The notes under the pieces are model-generated. The model worked only from the letters and a program-made list of their open reading frames with translations, was not told where the DNA came from and did no database searches. The translations under genes were made by a program, and so were the position numbers. Below are positions 19,575 to 31,172 of a stretch of DNA of 64,000 nt, piece after piece (the first letter of the stretch is position 1; each line of letters opens with the position of its first letter). Source of the DNA: an uncultured Pelagibacteraceae bacterium (GTDB taxonomy: Bacteria > Pseudomonadota > Alphaproteobacteria > Pelagibacterales > Pelagibacteraceae); assembly GCA_902597425.1 (NCBI GenBank), contig CACJXT010000002.1, positions 309 through 64,308 on the forward strand. Reading direction: 5' to 3'.

Positions 19575-20792
19575 ATGAGAAAAAAGAAAAAAAAACAAAA
19601 AAAAAATAAAATTTATACAAAGTTTAAAAAAAATAATAAAAGAAGATTAAAAAAAAGAAAACCAATATTAAAAAAGAAGAAAAATAAAAAACAAGTTATA
19701 AAAAAAAGAAGATTAAAAAAAAGAAAACCAATATTAAAAAAAAAGAAAAATAAAAAAAAACGTACTAATCAAAAACTTATCATAGAAAAAGAAGAAGAAA
19801 GCTTTATACTTAAATTAATTAGATTCCAGGAACAATTAAAACCAAGATTTAATTTTAAAATTAGTTTTAATTTAAAAGAAGAAATCCAAAGATTTTTTGA
19901 TAAAATTTTACATAAGATTAAAGAATACAAAATAGTAAAAGAAAGAGAGAAAAGAAGAAGGAAATTAGAGGAACTTGAAATAATCGAAAAAGAGAACATT
20001 ACACTTCAAAAAGAAAAAAAAATAGAAGAAGAATTAAGAACTAAACTCAAAGAAAAAGCATTAAAAGATGAAATCAAAATTGAAAAAGAAAGAGTTAAAG
20101 ATATTAAATTATTTTTACGTCAGGAACAGGCACTTATAAGAAAAGAACAAGCAGAAAAACAGCGTGAGTTTTTAAAACAGCTACAATTAGATAAACAAAT
20201 CGAAAAATTTAGAATTAGAGAAATAAAAGAACTTGAAAAATTAGAAAGAATTTCATTAAAAGAAAAACGAGAAGATTATTCAGGTCTACAAGATAGAATA
20301 GAAAAATTAAAAGCCAAATACAGAGTCATTAGAGATCAAAAGATAAGAGAAAGAGTAGAAGCTCTAGGAGTTAAAATTCAAAAAGATGACGATCGAGAAA
20401 CTCTTCTAAGAAAAGAAAAAGAATATACAATTGCTAGAAAAAAAATTGAATTATCTTTGGAAAGTTTTTATAGAAGCGCAAGTAGTTTAGTATTTCAATT
20501 AAATAAAAGACACATCACACGGCACATGTCTATTTTTAGATGTATTGATAGAAGATTTGAAACAGGTGAAATTTTTATTAAATGGGACGAATCAAATGAT
20601 GATGATTGGTTAATTTTAATTTATATTAATAATAATTCTTTAGATGGAGGAATTGTTATTGAAGATAAATCAAATCCAGAAAAAAATTTATCACATGAAT
20701 TTAAATCAAATGAAATATTTAAAGCATCTGATATGATGGTAGATGCTCTGACACAATTAATAGCAAGAACTAGAGAGAGAAAAATAAATTAA
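19575..20792 (+). CDS. Hypothetical protein: Lys/Arg-rich N-terminus, long coiled coil, globular C-terminal domain
   Basis: 405-codon ORF filling the gap between cfa and the TPR gene; strong K/E/R bias. Confidence 0.75.
   Translation: MRKKKKKQKKNKIYTKFKKNNKRRLKKRKPILKKKKNKKQVIKKRRLKKRKPILKKKKNKKKRTNQKLIIEKEEESFILKLIRFQEQLKPRFNFKISFNLKEEIQRFFDKILHKIKEYKIVKEREKRRRKLEELEIIEKENITLQKEKKIEEELRTKLKEKALKDEIKIEKERVKDIKLFLRQEQALIRKEQAEKQREFLKQLQLDKQIEKFRIREIKELEKLERISLKEKREDYSGLQDRIEKLKAKYRVIRDQKIRERVEALGVKIQKDDDRETLLRKEKEYTIARKKIELSLESFYRSASSLVFQLNKRHITRHMSIFRCIDRRFETGEIFIKWDESNDDDWLILIYINNNSLDGGIVIEDKSNPEKNLSHEFKSNEIFKASDMMVDALTQLIARTRERKIN
19638..19757 (+). repeat. In-frame direct repeat, 2 x 54 nt, 66-nt period
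   Basis: 19638-19691 vs 19704-19757, one mismatch; encodes KRRLKKRKPILKKKKNKK twice. Confidence 0.85.
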
Positions 20793-21346
20793 ATGTTTAT
20801 GCCTTTAACTAATTTTTCTAGCGTTATAATTAAATTATTACTTACAATTATTGGATGAATTTTTTTTGCTTTTTTTAGATCTTTGATTGCTTTTTGATAT
20901 TCTTCTAATTCTATAAAAATTTGTGCTCTTCCGGATAAAGCTCCAAAATGTCTAGGCTCTATAGCCAAGACTTTATCTATATCATCCAAAGATCTTTGAT
21001 AGTCTTTCATAAAAAATAATAAAGTTGCCCTTTTATTCCATGCTTCAGACCAAGAGGGATCAGTTTTGATGATATTAGTGAAGATTTGTAAAGCATATTT
21101 GTAATCACCTTGATTCATTAACTCAATTCCAAGCTCTAGTTTATCTGTAAGATTTATATTTTTTGGATGTTTCAGCCATACAGCCCAAATTTCTTGTTCT
21201 ACTAAGTTAGCAGTATTAAAATTTTGTGATTTACTCAGTTTATTAAAAAGTTTGTTTAGTTGTTCAGTTTGTGAAATTTCTGCAGAAGCAAAAGAAGTGA
21301 ATATAAATAAAAAGAATATTATGAATTTGTATTTAATCACTGACAT
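20789..21346 (-). CDS. Secreted tetratricopeptide repeat protein
   Basis: Signal peptide ending ASA; EAWNKRA, EPRHFGALSG TPR pattern. Confidence 0.88.
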   Translation of the reverse strand: MSVIKYKFIIFFLFIFTSFASAEISQTEQLNKLFNKLSKSQNFNTANLVEQEIWAVWLKHPKNINLTDKLELGIELMNQGDYKYALQIFTNIIKTDPSWSEAWNKRATLLFFMKDYQRSLDDIDKVLAIEPRHFGALSGRAQIFIELEEYQKAIKDLKKAKKIHPIIVSNNLIITLEKLVKGINI

Positions 21347-22757
21347 AAACAGATACTCCCCTTGCATTTATGTCCACATCAAATTTTTTATGTAAAGGTG
21401 GAAAGGCTCTTTGAGAACAGTCCAAACGATCACAAGTTCTACAAGAAACACCAATAGGTATTTCAGTTGTTTTGTCATTTAAATTCATACTTTCTGTATA
21501 GACAAAATCTTTTGCGTATTTAGCTTCACAGCCAAGCCCAATCGACAAAATACTTTTTGATTGTCCAAACTTTCCAATTCCCTTCTCAACTGTTCTTGCA
21601 ATACAAACATATTTTTCACCATTAACCATCTTACTTACTGCAGCCTGAATCACACCAGGTCTTGTGAATGCAGAATAAACATTCCATCTAGGACATGCTC
21701 CACCATATCGTGGTATTTCTATTCCTGATAAAGAAAATCTTTTCGAAATGTTGCCGGCCACATCTACTCTTAACATATGAAAAGGTATTCCTGGTAATTT
21801 TGGATCTTGTAAACAAGTTACTCTATGAGCTACCTGTTCAAAAGAAGTTGCAAATGTATTTTGTAAAAGTTCCAAATCATATTTAAGTCTTTTACATTCT
21901 GCATGAAATAATTTATAAGGCATTAAAATTGCAGCACCACAATAATTTAGCAAAGCGATTTGCGTTAATTTTTTAGACTCTTCAGAAGGAAAACTAAATT
22001 TTGACAAGTATTCATTAATTTCATTCATTGAACCTTCTTGAGCTATCTGAGCTGCAGCGTGTAATTTTTTTGTCTCTAATGAATTAAAGTCACTTAATAA
22101 AAGTTCTTTTTTATTTTTGTTGTAAATTTTTGAAAAAGGTTTTCCTTCTTCAGGAATGATATCTTTAACAATTATTGAATATTCTGTTTTTAAAAAATCA
22201 CATAAAGCTATATATCTAGTTCTATTATTTTTTTGCACTTTATCAAAAACTGTATTTGCAAATTCTTCAAGTTTAGGAAAATAATTTTTATTTTCTTGAA
22301 GAAAATCGGAAATAACCTCTCCTGGAAAAGCTGCTTTTCTACTATCAATTATTTTTCCCGATAAATTTTCAACTTTGTTTATCATTTCATGATCTTTTTG
22401 TTTAAAATTATCTCCCAATTTAATTAAAGCCCTTGCAATTTTAGGATTGGTGTTTACTAAGTCTTGAACTTCAGGGCCAAGAATATCTAAGTCTTCAAAT
22501 AATTTATCATCGAGTAGTTCTGAAATGTTATTTGCTAAATTAAGATCAGATTTTGATGTTAAATCTGATAGCTCTATCTTCAATTCTTGACAAACTTTTA
22601 GAAGTAAATCACCATCTATTTTTCTTTTTCCGCCTTCAATTAAATTTAAATAACTTGGTGAGATTTTTAATTGTTCAGCAAGCCTATTGGCCTGAATACC
22701 TAATTGTCTTCTAAAAGCTCTTATTTTTGGACCAATTTTTAAATCTAATTGACTCAT
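21333..22757 (-). CDS. RamB/PccR/ScfR-family (short-chain fatty acyl-CoA) XRE transcriptional regulator
   Basis: N-terminal XRE HTH (ISPSYLNLIE-GKR), SFEQVAHR, RVDVAGNISKRFS, GGACPRW, C-terminal CRTCDRLDCSQRA; divergent from aceA. Confidence 0.92.
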   Translation of the reverse strand: MSQLDLKIGPKIRAFRRQLGIQANRLAEQLKISPSYLNLIEGGKRKIDGDLLLKVCQELKIELSDLTSKSDLNLANNISELLDDKLFEDLDILGPEVQDLVNTNPKIARALIKLGDNFKQKDHEMINKVENLSGKIIDSRKAAFPGEVISDFLQENKNYFPKLEEFANTVFDKVQKNNRTRYIALCDFLKTEYSIIVKDIIPEEGKPFSKIYNKNKKELLLSDFNSLETKKLHAAAQIAQEGSMNEINEYLSKFSFPSEESKKLTQIALLNYCGAAILMPYKLFHAECKRLKYDLELLQNTFATSFEQVAHRVTCLQDPKLPGIPFHMLRVDVAGNISKRFSLSGIEIPRYGGACPRWNVYSAFTRPGVIQAAVSKMVNGEKYVCIARTVEKGIGKFGQSKSILSIGLGCEAKYAKDFVYTESMNLNDKTTEIPIGVSCRTCDRLDCSQRAFPPLHKKFDVDINARGVSVYVSD

Positions 22758-22765
22758 ATTTTCTA

Positions 22766-22870
22766 TTTGTAAATTTTGTCAACTATTATTTACAAAAAAT
22801 TATGTTGTTTTACAAGTGTTTAATAGATTTTAGTAGAATTTGTAAATCTTGTAAATTATAAAGTTTACAT
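22766..22870. promoter_or_regulatory. Array of TTTGTAAA/TTTACAAA-like boxes, putative operator of the adjacent regulator
   Basis: Boxes at 22766, 22775, 22789, 22809, 22839, 22848 and 22864, in both orientations. Confidence 0.6.
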
Positions 22871-23036
22871 GAACAACGAAAACAATAGAAAGAACAAAGA
22901 GGACAAGAGTAAAATCACTCAAAAAGAGGATTACAGTCAGTATAATCAGTCTGGAATTTACTTAAGAGACGACCATTGTGATTGGGGTTCAAGCGGAATG
23001 AATGAGTATACTAACGAATATAGTGAAAGCAAATAA
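22869..23036 (+). CDS. 55-aa hydrophilic small protein upstream of aceA
   Basis: ATG..TAA ORF MNNENNRKNKEDKSKITQKEDYSQYNQSGIYLRDDHCDWGSSGMNEYTNEYSESK fills an otherwise long intergenic gap; below the ORF-track size cutoff. Confidence 0.6.
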   Translation: MNNENNRKNKEDKSKITQKEDYSQYNQSGIYLRDDHCDWGSSGMNEYTNEYSESK

Positions 23037-23078
23037 GACCCATTAAGATTTTCATTAATATATAATAGAAAGATATTT

Positions 23079-24356
23079 ATGAGCTCAGAGGCCAAAGTGT
23101 CATACGATTTGAAAAGATTTTCAGGAATTAAAAGAGATTATACTTCTGAAGAAGTGGAAAGATTAAGAGGATCAATAAAAATTGAACATTCAATGTGCAA
23201 ACATCAATCCACAAAATTATGGAAACTTCTTAATTCTGAACATTATATAAATACATTAGGATCTTTATCAGGAAATCATGCAGTTCAGCATGCTAAAGCA
23301 GGTTTAAAAGCAATATATTTAAGTGGATGGCAGGTTGCTGCTGATGCAAATAGTGCAGGAGAGATGTACCCAGATCAATCACTATATCCTTTTGATAGCG
23401 CTCCAAAACTAGTTGATGCGATGAATAATGCATTAATTAGAGCAGATCAAATTCAACATATGGAAATTAAAGATGGAGATATGAAACAAAAAGATAAAAT
23501 TGACTATATGTTACCCATTATAGCAGATGGTGAAGCGGGATTTGGCGGACCATTAAATGTTTTTGAATTAACCAAAAAATTTATAAAAGCGGGTGCAGCA
23601 GGTGTTCATTTTGAAGATCAGCTTGCTAGTGAAAAAAAATGTGGACATATGGGAGGAAAGGTATTGGTTCCAACTAGTGCAATGATAAAAAATTTAAAAG
23701 CCGCAAGACTTGCAGCTGATATTGCTGATGTACCATTAATTATTTTAGCAAGAACTGATGCCAATGCTGCAAAATTAATTACGAATGATCATGATGAAAA
23801 TGATAAACCATTTTTAACAGGAAAAAGATCTCCAGAGGGATTCTTTTATGTTAAACATGGGATAGAACAAGCAATCTCAAGAGGATTAGCTTATGCGCCA
23901 TATTCAGATTTGATATGGTGTGAGACTGCAACTCCAAATCTTGCAGAAGCTAAAAAATTTGCTGATGCAATCCATGAAAAATTTCCAGGAAAAATTCTTG
24001 CATACAATTGTTCACCATCATTTAATTGGAAAAAACATTTATCAGATAAAGAAATAGCCTCCTTCCAAGTTGAAATTAGTGAAATGGGATATAAATTTCA
24101 ATTTATTACTCTTGCTGGCTTTCATACACAAAACATTGCAATATTTGAATTGGCAGAAAAATATAAATCTCAAGGAATGACAGCTTACTCAAAAATTCAA
24201 GAACAAGAATTTGCAAGAGAAAAAGATGGTTATACAAGTGTTAAACATCAAAGAGAAGTGGGAACATCATATTTTGATGCTGTATCAAATACTATTAGTT
24301 CAGGAGAAAGTTCCACTACAGCAATGAAGGATTCTACTGAGTCTGAACAATTTTAA
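23079..24356 (+). CDS. aceA: Isocitrate lyase
   Basis: [44 protein letters not shown]. Confidence 0.98.
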   Translation: MSSEAKVSYDLKRFSGIKRDYTSEEVERLRGSIKIEHSMCKHQSTKLWKLLNSEHYINTLGSLSGNHAVQHAKAGLKAIYLSGWQVAADANSAGEMYPDQSLYPFDSAPKLVDAMNNALIRADQIQHMEIKDGDMKQKDKIDYMLPIIADGEAGFGGPLNVFELTKKFIKAGAAGVHFEDQLASEKKCGHMGGKVLVPTSAMIKNLKAARLAADIADVPLIILARTDANAAKLITNDHDENDKPFLTGKRSPEGFFYVKHGIEQAISRGLAYAPYSDLIWCETATPNLAEAKKFADAIHEKFPGKILAYNCSPSFNWKKHLSDKEIASFQVEISEMGYKFQFITLAGFHTQNIAIFELAEKYKSQGMTAYSKIQEQEFAREKDGYTSVKHQREVGTSYFDAVSNTISSGESSTTAMKDSTESEQF

Positions 24357-25084
24357 TTAGCTTTAAGTTTTTGAATTTGATCCCAAGCTGAATTTACAGC
24401 TCTCATTTTTTTTTTACTTTCCGCAATAACTTCTTGAGGAACTCCTTTACTTATTAATATATCTGGGTGATGTTCTTTGCTTAATTGAAGGTATCTTTTC
24501 CTAATTGTTTGAAGATCTTCTTCAGGTTTACTTTCCAAAACTATGTAAGGGTTTAATTTATCTGAGCTTTTTCTGCTTTCTTTAATTGAATTAAATTGAG
24601 TTTGATTTAAGCCAAAAATTTTGGCTATATTTTGCATCATGTCTAATTCAGATTGACTAACATTTCCATCAGCTTCAGCTATATAAAAAAGAATATTAAT
24701 AACTTCCTCTAGTACATTAGGGTTATTTTTATAGATTTGAGCAATCTGATGTGCGTATGGTTCATAACCCGTACTTTCTTGTTTAGCCTTATTAAATATT
24801 TTTCCAACTTGTTCTATTTCATTTTCAGGAATTTTTAGTTTGTCTCTTACAGCAACAAGCTCTTCTTTGCTTACTTGGCCGTCTGCCTTACTAAGCTTAG
24901 CTGATAAAACTATTAAAGATAAAGCAAAAATTTGTTGTGGTTGAGCAAATGCACCAAAATTTCCAGTACTACCAGATCTTGCCCGTGAAATTTTTCCTCC
25001 GATTAATGAGCCTAACAACATTCCAAATGGTCCACCAAGTGAAAAACCAACCATTCCACCAATTAAACTTCCCCAAATAGACAT
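24353..25084 (-). CDS. djlA: DjlA-like co-chaperone (TM, TerB-like and J domains)
   Basis: Gly-rich [18 protein letters not shown]. Confidence 0.88.
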   Translation of the reverse strand: MSIWGSLIGGMVGFSLGGPFGMLLGSLIGGKISRARSGSTGNFGAFAQPQQIFALSLIVLSAKLSKADGQVSKEELVAVRDKLKIPENEIEQVGKIFNKAKQESTGYEPYAHQIAQIYKNNPNVLEEVINILFYIAEADGNVSQSELDMMQNIAKIFGLNQTQFNSIKESRKSSDKLNPYIVLESKPEEDLQTIRKRYLQLSKEHHPDILISKGVPQEVIAESKKKMRAVNSAWDQIQKLKAN

Positions 25085-25130
25085 AAAAATTAAAATTAAT
25101 ATAATTTAGATACAAAAAGTTACAAGGACA

Positions 25131-25811
25131 TTATTTAAAACTTTTTAATCTATACTCCCACTTGCCCATTCTTTTATAAGCTATTTTTACTATTAAATTA
25201 TTTTTCTTATCTAGCCAAATATCAAAATCTAATTTTTTATCATTTGGCAAATCTTGATTTTTAGATTTTAACTTAAAATGATCTGTTAAATAATTTTTTC
25301 CATATAATTCGATATTTTCTTTTCCAATAAATGTAACAACTTGTTCCTTTACACTACCTGATAAAGGGCTAATTTGTTTTTCTGCTTTTAAAATTTTATG
25401 GTTCCACCAATTTCCTATTATAGAATCAGTATTAGCTTCACCCTTAAATGAAGATCCATCAATAATAAATTTATTTTTGGATTGGTCATAATACAAATTT
25501 ACATACTTTTCCTTATCGTTTTGAAAAGTATTTGATTTAAAGTAAATTAATTTATCATTTTTATATTTTTCAAGTGCTTCACTTGAAATTGAAAAAATAA
25601 CGACTCCAAACAATTTAACTTTAAATTGTGTGTAATTTTTTATTTCGATAGTGTCATTTCCATGTTCAAAAAAATAATTACTATAACCGATTACTTCACC
25701 ATCTTTAAAAATTTCCATATTAATTACCTTTATCCCAGCATAATGTGAGGTATGAGCATTAGTTTGAGACGCAAAAATAAACAAAAGAAATATGTATATA
25801 TATTTTTTCAT
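25131..25811 (-). CDS. Secreted protein, DUF6134-like
   Basis: Signal peptide; IFKDGEVIG, NWWN, FDIWLD, beta-rich pattern. Confidence 0.65.
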   Translation of the reverse strand: MKKYIYIFLLFIFASQTNAHTSHYAGIKVINMEIFKDGEVIGYSNYFFEHGNDTIEIKNYTQFKVKLFGVVIFSISSEALEKYKNDKLIYFKSNTFQNDKEKYVNLYYDQSKNKFIIDGSSFKGEANTDSIIGNWWNHKILKAEKQISPLSGSVKEQVVTFIGKENIELYGKNYLTDHFKLKSKNQDLPNDKKLDFDIWLDKKNNLIVKIAYKRMGKWEYRLKSFK

Positions 25812-25849
25812 ATAAATTTTAATTATAAAGTAGTAGATACCATTTAAAC

Positions 25850-26497
25850 ATGTTTTTATCCTTAAAAAATATTCCTAAAGTTTCATGGAGTTCTGAAAAA
25901 CCTCTAAATTTAAAACCAAAGATTTCAACTTTTCTTTTTTTATGTATGGGTCTTACATTATTTGGGTTGGGAGAAGGATTATTAATAGTTTCATTTACTG
26001 GAGCTTCACCTTGGACTGTTCTTGCACAAGGTATTTCACTAAATGTAGATTTTTCAATAGGAACAGTTACACTTTTTATAAGTTTAGCAGTTTTATTTTT
26101 TTGGATATTTTTAAGTCAAAAACCTGGTATTGGAACTTTCCTTAATGCTTTAATAGTTGCAGTAATGATAGATATTTCAATAGCTTTTGTGCCAACTCCA
26201 GAAAATTATATTTCTCAATTATTTTTAGCTATTTTTGCTGTTCTTACAGTTGGAATGGGAAGTGGTTTTTATTTAGTTGCTAATTTAGGGCCAGGACCGA
26301 GAGACGGTCTTATGACAGGAATACAAAAAAAAACAAACTTTCCAATAGCAGGAGTTAGAGCTTTTTTAGAAATTACAGTTGTAAGCATTGGTTGGTATTT
26401 AGGAGGAACCGTTGGAATAGGAACTTTACTCTTTGCATTTGGCGTAGGTCCAGCAGTTGCCCTAGGTTTATTTATTGTTGGGAAGGTCTTTAATTAA
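25850..26497 (+). CDS. YczE/YyaS/YitT family membrane protein
   Basis: GASPWTVLAQG, GPGPRDGLMTG, GGTVGIGT. Confidence 0.88.
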   Translation: MFLSLKNIPKVSWSSEKPLNLKPKISTFLFLCMGLTLFGLGEGLLIVSFTGASPWTVLAQGISLNVDFSIGTVTLFISLAVLFFWIFLSQKPGIGTFLNALIVAVMIDISIAFVPTPENYISQLFLAIFAVLTVGMGSGFYLVANLGPGPRDGLMTGIQKKTNFPIAGVRAFLEITVVSIGWYLGGTVGIGTLLFAFGVGPAVALGLFIVGKVFN

Positions 26498-26514
26498 GCA
26501 AAAGACAGTTTAAT

Positions 26515-27234
26515 TTATTTTTTATTTAAAAGGTTTTTTGAAAAAAAGGATAAAATAATTAGTATTAAAAATCCAATAATCGGAAAGTATATTTCGGGTG
26601 AAATTATTAAAGATAAAAGGTTTGGCATGGTATCATTTGTATTAATTATACTACTTAAACCACTTCCAAGACTAGCCATAATAAATATTGCTGGGAAAAT
26701 ACCAATTAAAGTTCCAAGATAATAATTTTTGATAGATATGTTAAATATAACTGGCAATAAATTTTGTATAAAAAAAGGAACTAAACCAATAAATCTAAAG
26801 ATGATCATTATTAATAATTCGTTCTTGCTAAAAATTTTTTCAAGATAATTAAATTTGCTATGTAGTTTTTTATTTAAAAAATCGTAAAAAAAATATTTTC
26901 CAATTAAATATAAGCATAGAGATCCTGTTGTAAGACTAAACACAATTAATAATGTTCCAATCCATTTACCAAAAATAAATCCTCCAAGTAAAGCAATTGG
27001 GGTTCCAAATCCAAGCAGCGAGACCCAAAAAATTGTAAATACAAAAAAAATAAATATTAAAAAAATTAATTTGTTTTGTTTTAGTAAATTTAACTGATCT
27101 TGATTTTTTTGAATAAATTGATAGGTAGAAAGTTCTTCAAAATCAAAATTTGAAAATAAAATAAAAAGAAAACTAATTAAAATAGCCAGATATAATAAAC
27201 CTAGTAAAATTTTAATTTTTTTTTCTTGATTCAT
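26515..27234 (-). CDS. DedA/TVP38 (VTT domain) membrane protein
   Basis: LLGGFIFG, FRFIGLVPFFIQN, GTLIGIFP. Confidence 0.85.
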   Translation of the reverse strand: MNQEKKIKILLGLLYLAILISFLFILFSNFDFEELSTYQFIQKNQDQLNLLKQNKLIFLIFIFFVFTIFWVSLLGFGTPIALLGGFIFGKWIGTLLIVFSLTTGSLCLYLIGKYFFYDFLNKKLHSKFNYLEKIFSKNELLIMIIFRFIGLVPFFIQNLLPVIFNISIKNYYLGTLIGIFPAIFIMASLGSGLSSIINTNDTMPNLLSLIISPEIYFPIIGFLILIILSFFSKNLLNKK

Positions 27235-27275
27235 AAACTAACTTTAACATTGAGGAATTTAAAGACGAGAAAAAA

Positions 27276-27301
27276 AAAAGGGCAGTAAAAACTGCCCTTT
27301 T
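27276..27301 (-). terminator. Intrinsic terminator of groESL
   Basis: AAAAGGGCAGT-AAAA-ACTGCCCTTTT with a long T tract on the minus strand. Confidence 0.9.
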
Positions 27302-27325
27302 GAATTTTGTTTTGAGTAAGAATGA

Positions 27326-28996
<1,671 letters not shown>

Positions 28997-29006
28997 TTAA
29001 ATTAAT

Positions 29007-29297
29007 TTATTTACTTGAAATTCCCATAATGTCAGATTCTTTCATTATACTGTATTCTTTGCCGTCAATTTTGACTTCAGTTCCTGACCATTTACCAAAT
29101 AGAACTTTATCGCCAACTTTAACATCCATCGGAATTATTTTTCCATCTTCTGTCTTAGCTCCTCCACCTACGGCAATTACTTTACCTTCTTGTGGTTTTT
29201 CTTGAGCTGTATCTGGAATTATTATTCCACCAGCTGTTTTTTCGGTACTATCTAAAACTTCTATTAATACTCGGTCATGTAATGGTTTAAATTTCAT
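29007..29297 (-). CDS. groES: Co-chaperonin GroES
   Basis: [27 protein letters not shown]. Confidence 0.99.
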   Translation of the reverse strand: MKFKPLHDRVLIEVLDSTEKTAGGIIIPDTAQEKPQEGKVIAVGGGAKTEDGKIIPMDVKVGDKVLFGKWSGTEVKIDGKEYSIMKESDIMGISSK

Positions 29298-29322
29298 AAA
29301 TTCTCCTGTTTATATGCGAGTC

Positions 29323-29351
29323 ATATAGCTACCTCTCTTAACTATTTCAAG
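29323..29351 (-). promoter_or_regulatory. sigma32 (RpoH) promoter of groESL
   Basis: CTTGAA-N16-GCTATAT on the minus strand; no CIRCE inverted repeat seen. Confidence 0.78.
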
Positions 29352-29421
29352 ACAATCAAGTAAAAATATGTGATACAAAAAACCAGAGAAATTGCAGTTT
29401 TTTTGCGATATATCTCATTTG

Positions 29422-30240
29422 ATGACTAAGAATTTAGATAATAAAGGACTAAGATCCATCGTTGAGAATTATGACTTTTTTTTTATAGATTTATGGGGAG
29501 TAATTCATAATGGGATTAGACTTTACGAAAATTCTATTAAAACTTTAATTGAAATCAATAATGCAAAAAAAAATTATGTACTTCTGACAAATGCACCCCG
29601 CCCAAATAATACTGTAAAAATATTTTTAGAAAAAATGGGTATGAATAAAAGTATTTTCGACAAAGTTTTTACCTCAGGTGAGGCATCTTTAAATTATTTA
29701 AAAAAAAATCACTTAAATGATAAATTCTATCATATTGGACCACCGAGGGACTTTGATTTATTTTTAGATTTTAAAGAAAACAAAAAAGAAAATATTGATG
29801 AATGTAGTTATTTTTTATGTACAGGTTTGTTTGAAAAATATGATCAAGATTTAAATTATTACAAACAGTTACTTAGTCGTTTTATTTCAAAAACGATGAT
29901 TTGTACTAATCCTGATTTAGTAGTTGACAGAGGAGAAAAGAGGGAATTTTGCGCCGGCTCTGTTGCAATGGTTTTTAAAAAAATGGGAGGCCATGTAGTT
30001 TACTTTGGCAAACCTTTTCCAGAAGTTTATAATCAATCAATAGATAATAATAAAAAAAAAATACTAGCTATTGGAGATAACTTAAATACAGACATAAAGG
30101 GTGCCAACAATATGAATTATGATTCTATGATAATAGCAAATGGTATTCATAAAGAAGAAATTAAAAAAGAAGGAATAGAGAAAGTTTCAAAAAATTATAA
30201 AGTTGTCATAAACTTTATACAGAGTGAATTAAAATGGTAA
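29422..30240 (+). CDS. HAD-IIA hydrolase (TIGR01459-like)
   Basis: DLWGVIHNG, TNAPR, CTNPD, GKP, IGDNLNTDIKGA. Confidence 0.9.
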   Translation: MTKNLDNKGLRSIVENYDFFFIDLWGVIHNGIRLYENSIKTLIEINNAKKNYVLLTNAPRPNNTVKIFLEKMGMNKSIFDKVFTSGEASLNYLKKNHLNDKFYHIGPPRDFDLFLDFKENKKENIDECSYFLCTGLFEKYDQDLNYYKQLLSRFISKTMICTNPDLVVDRGEKREFCAGSVAMVFKKMGGHVVYFGKPFPEVYNQSIDNNKKKILAIGDNLNTDIKGANNMNYDSMIIANGIHKEEIKKEGIEKVSKNYKVVINFIQSELKW

Positions 30241-31169
30241 ATAAAATAAAATTTTATAATAATTTTAAAATTTCAGAAGATCATAAGCACTCAATACTAT
30301 TAATTGGTAATTTTGACGGACTTCATTTAGGTCATCAAAAATTATTTAAGCTTGCAAGTAATTATAAAAAAAAATTTAAATTAAAAATAGGCATTATAAC
30401 TTTTGAGCCGGTGCCTAAAATGTATTTTAATAAAAAAATGAAAAATTTTAGAATTTCTAATCTAAATCAAAAAAAAAATTTTTTAAAGAATTTAGGTATT
30501 GATTTTGTTATTGTTAAAAAATTTGATAAAAATTTTTCAAAAATTAAATCTTATCGATTTATTAAAGATATTTTATATAAGAGCTTAAAAGCCAAATATA
30601 TATTTGTAAGTGATAATTTTAGATTTGGAAATAAAAGAGAAGGCAATGTGAAAGAATTAATAAAAAATGAAAAAGAATTTAAATTTAAAATTATAAAACC
30701 AAAACCTTTAGTATTAAAAAATAAAGTGATTTCCTCTACATTAATTAGAAATCTTTTATCTAATGGTAAACTAAAATATGCAAACCAGCTTCTTGCAAGA
30801 AAATGGAGCATTGAAAGCAAAGTACAAAGAGGAAGGCAAATGGGTAAAAAAATTGGATTTCCAACATGCAACATGGATATTAAAGATTATGTTATTCCTA
30901 AGCTTGGAGTTTATGCAGTTAAAATTCATCAAAAAAACAGTGGTAAAATTTTAAAAGGAATAGCTAATATAGGCTATCGACCAACTTTTAATCAAAAAAA
31001 ATTACTCTTAGAAGTATATATTTTCAATTTTTCAGGCAATCTTTACAATAAGTACTTAACTATTGAGTTTATAAATTTTATAAGAAAAGAAAAAAAATTT
31101 AAAAATATTAATCTGTTAAAAAAACAAATTAATTCAGACTTAAAATTAGCTAAAAAAAAATTAAATTAA
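30234..31169 (+). CDS. ribF: Bifunctional riboflavin kinase/FAD synthetase
   Basis: GNFDGLHLGHQ, ISSTLIR, GFPTCN, GYRPT. Confidence 0.96.
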   Translation: MVNKIKFYNNFKISEDHKHSILLIGNFDGLHLGHQKLFKLASNYKKKFKLKIGIITFEPVPKMYFNKKMKNFRISNLNQKKNFLKNLGIDFVIVKKFDKNFSKIKSYRFIKDILYKSLKAKYIFVSDNFRFGNKREGNVKELIKNEKEFKFKIIKPKPLVLKNKVISSTLIRNLLSNGKLKYANQLLARKWSIESKVQRGRQMGKKIGFPTCNMDIKDYVIPKLGVYAVKIHQKNSGKILKGIANIGYRPTFNQKKLLLEVYIFNFSGNLYNKYLTIEFINFIRKEKKFKNINLLKKQINSDLKLAKKKLN

Positions 31170-31172
31170 TTT

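Noticed and set aside
29298-29391. CIRCE element upstream of groES
   Set aside because: No TTAGCACTC-N9-GAGTGCTAA; only a sigma32 promoter
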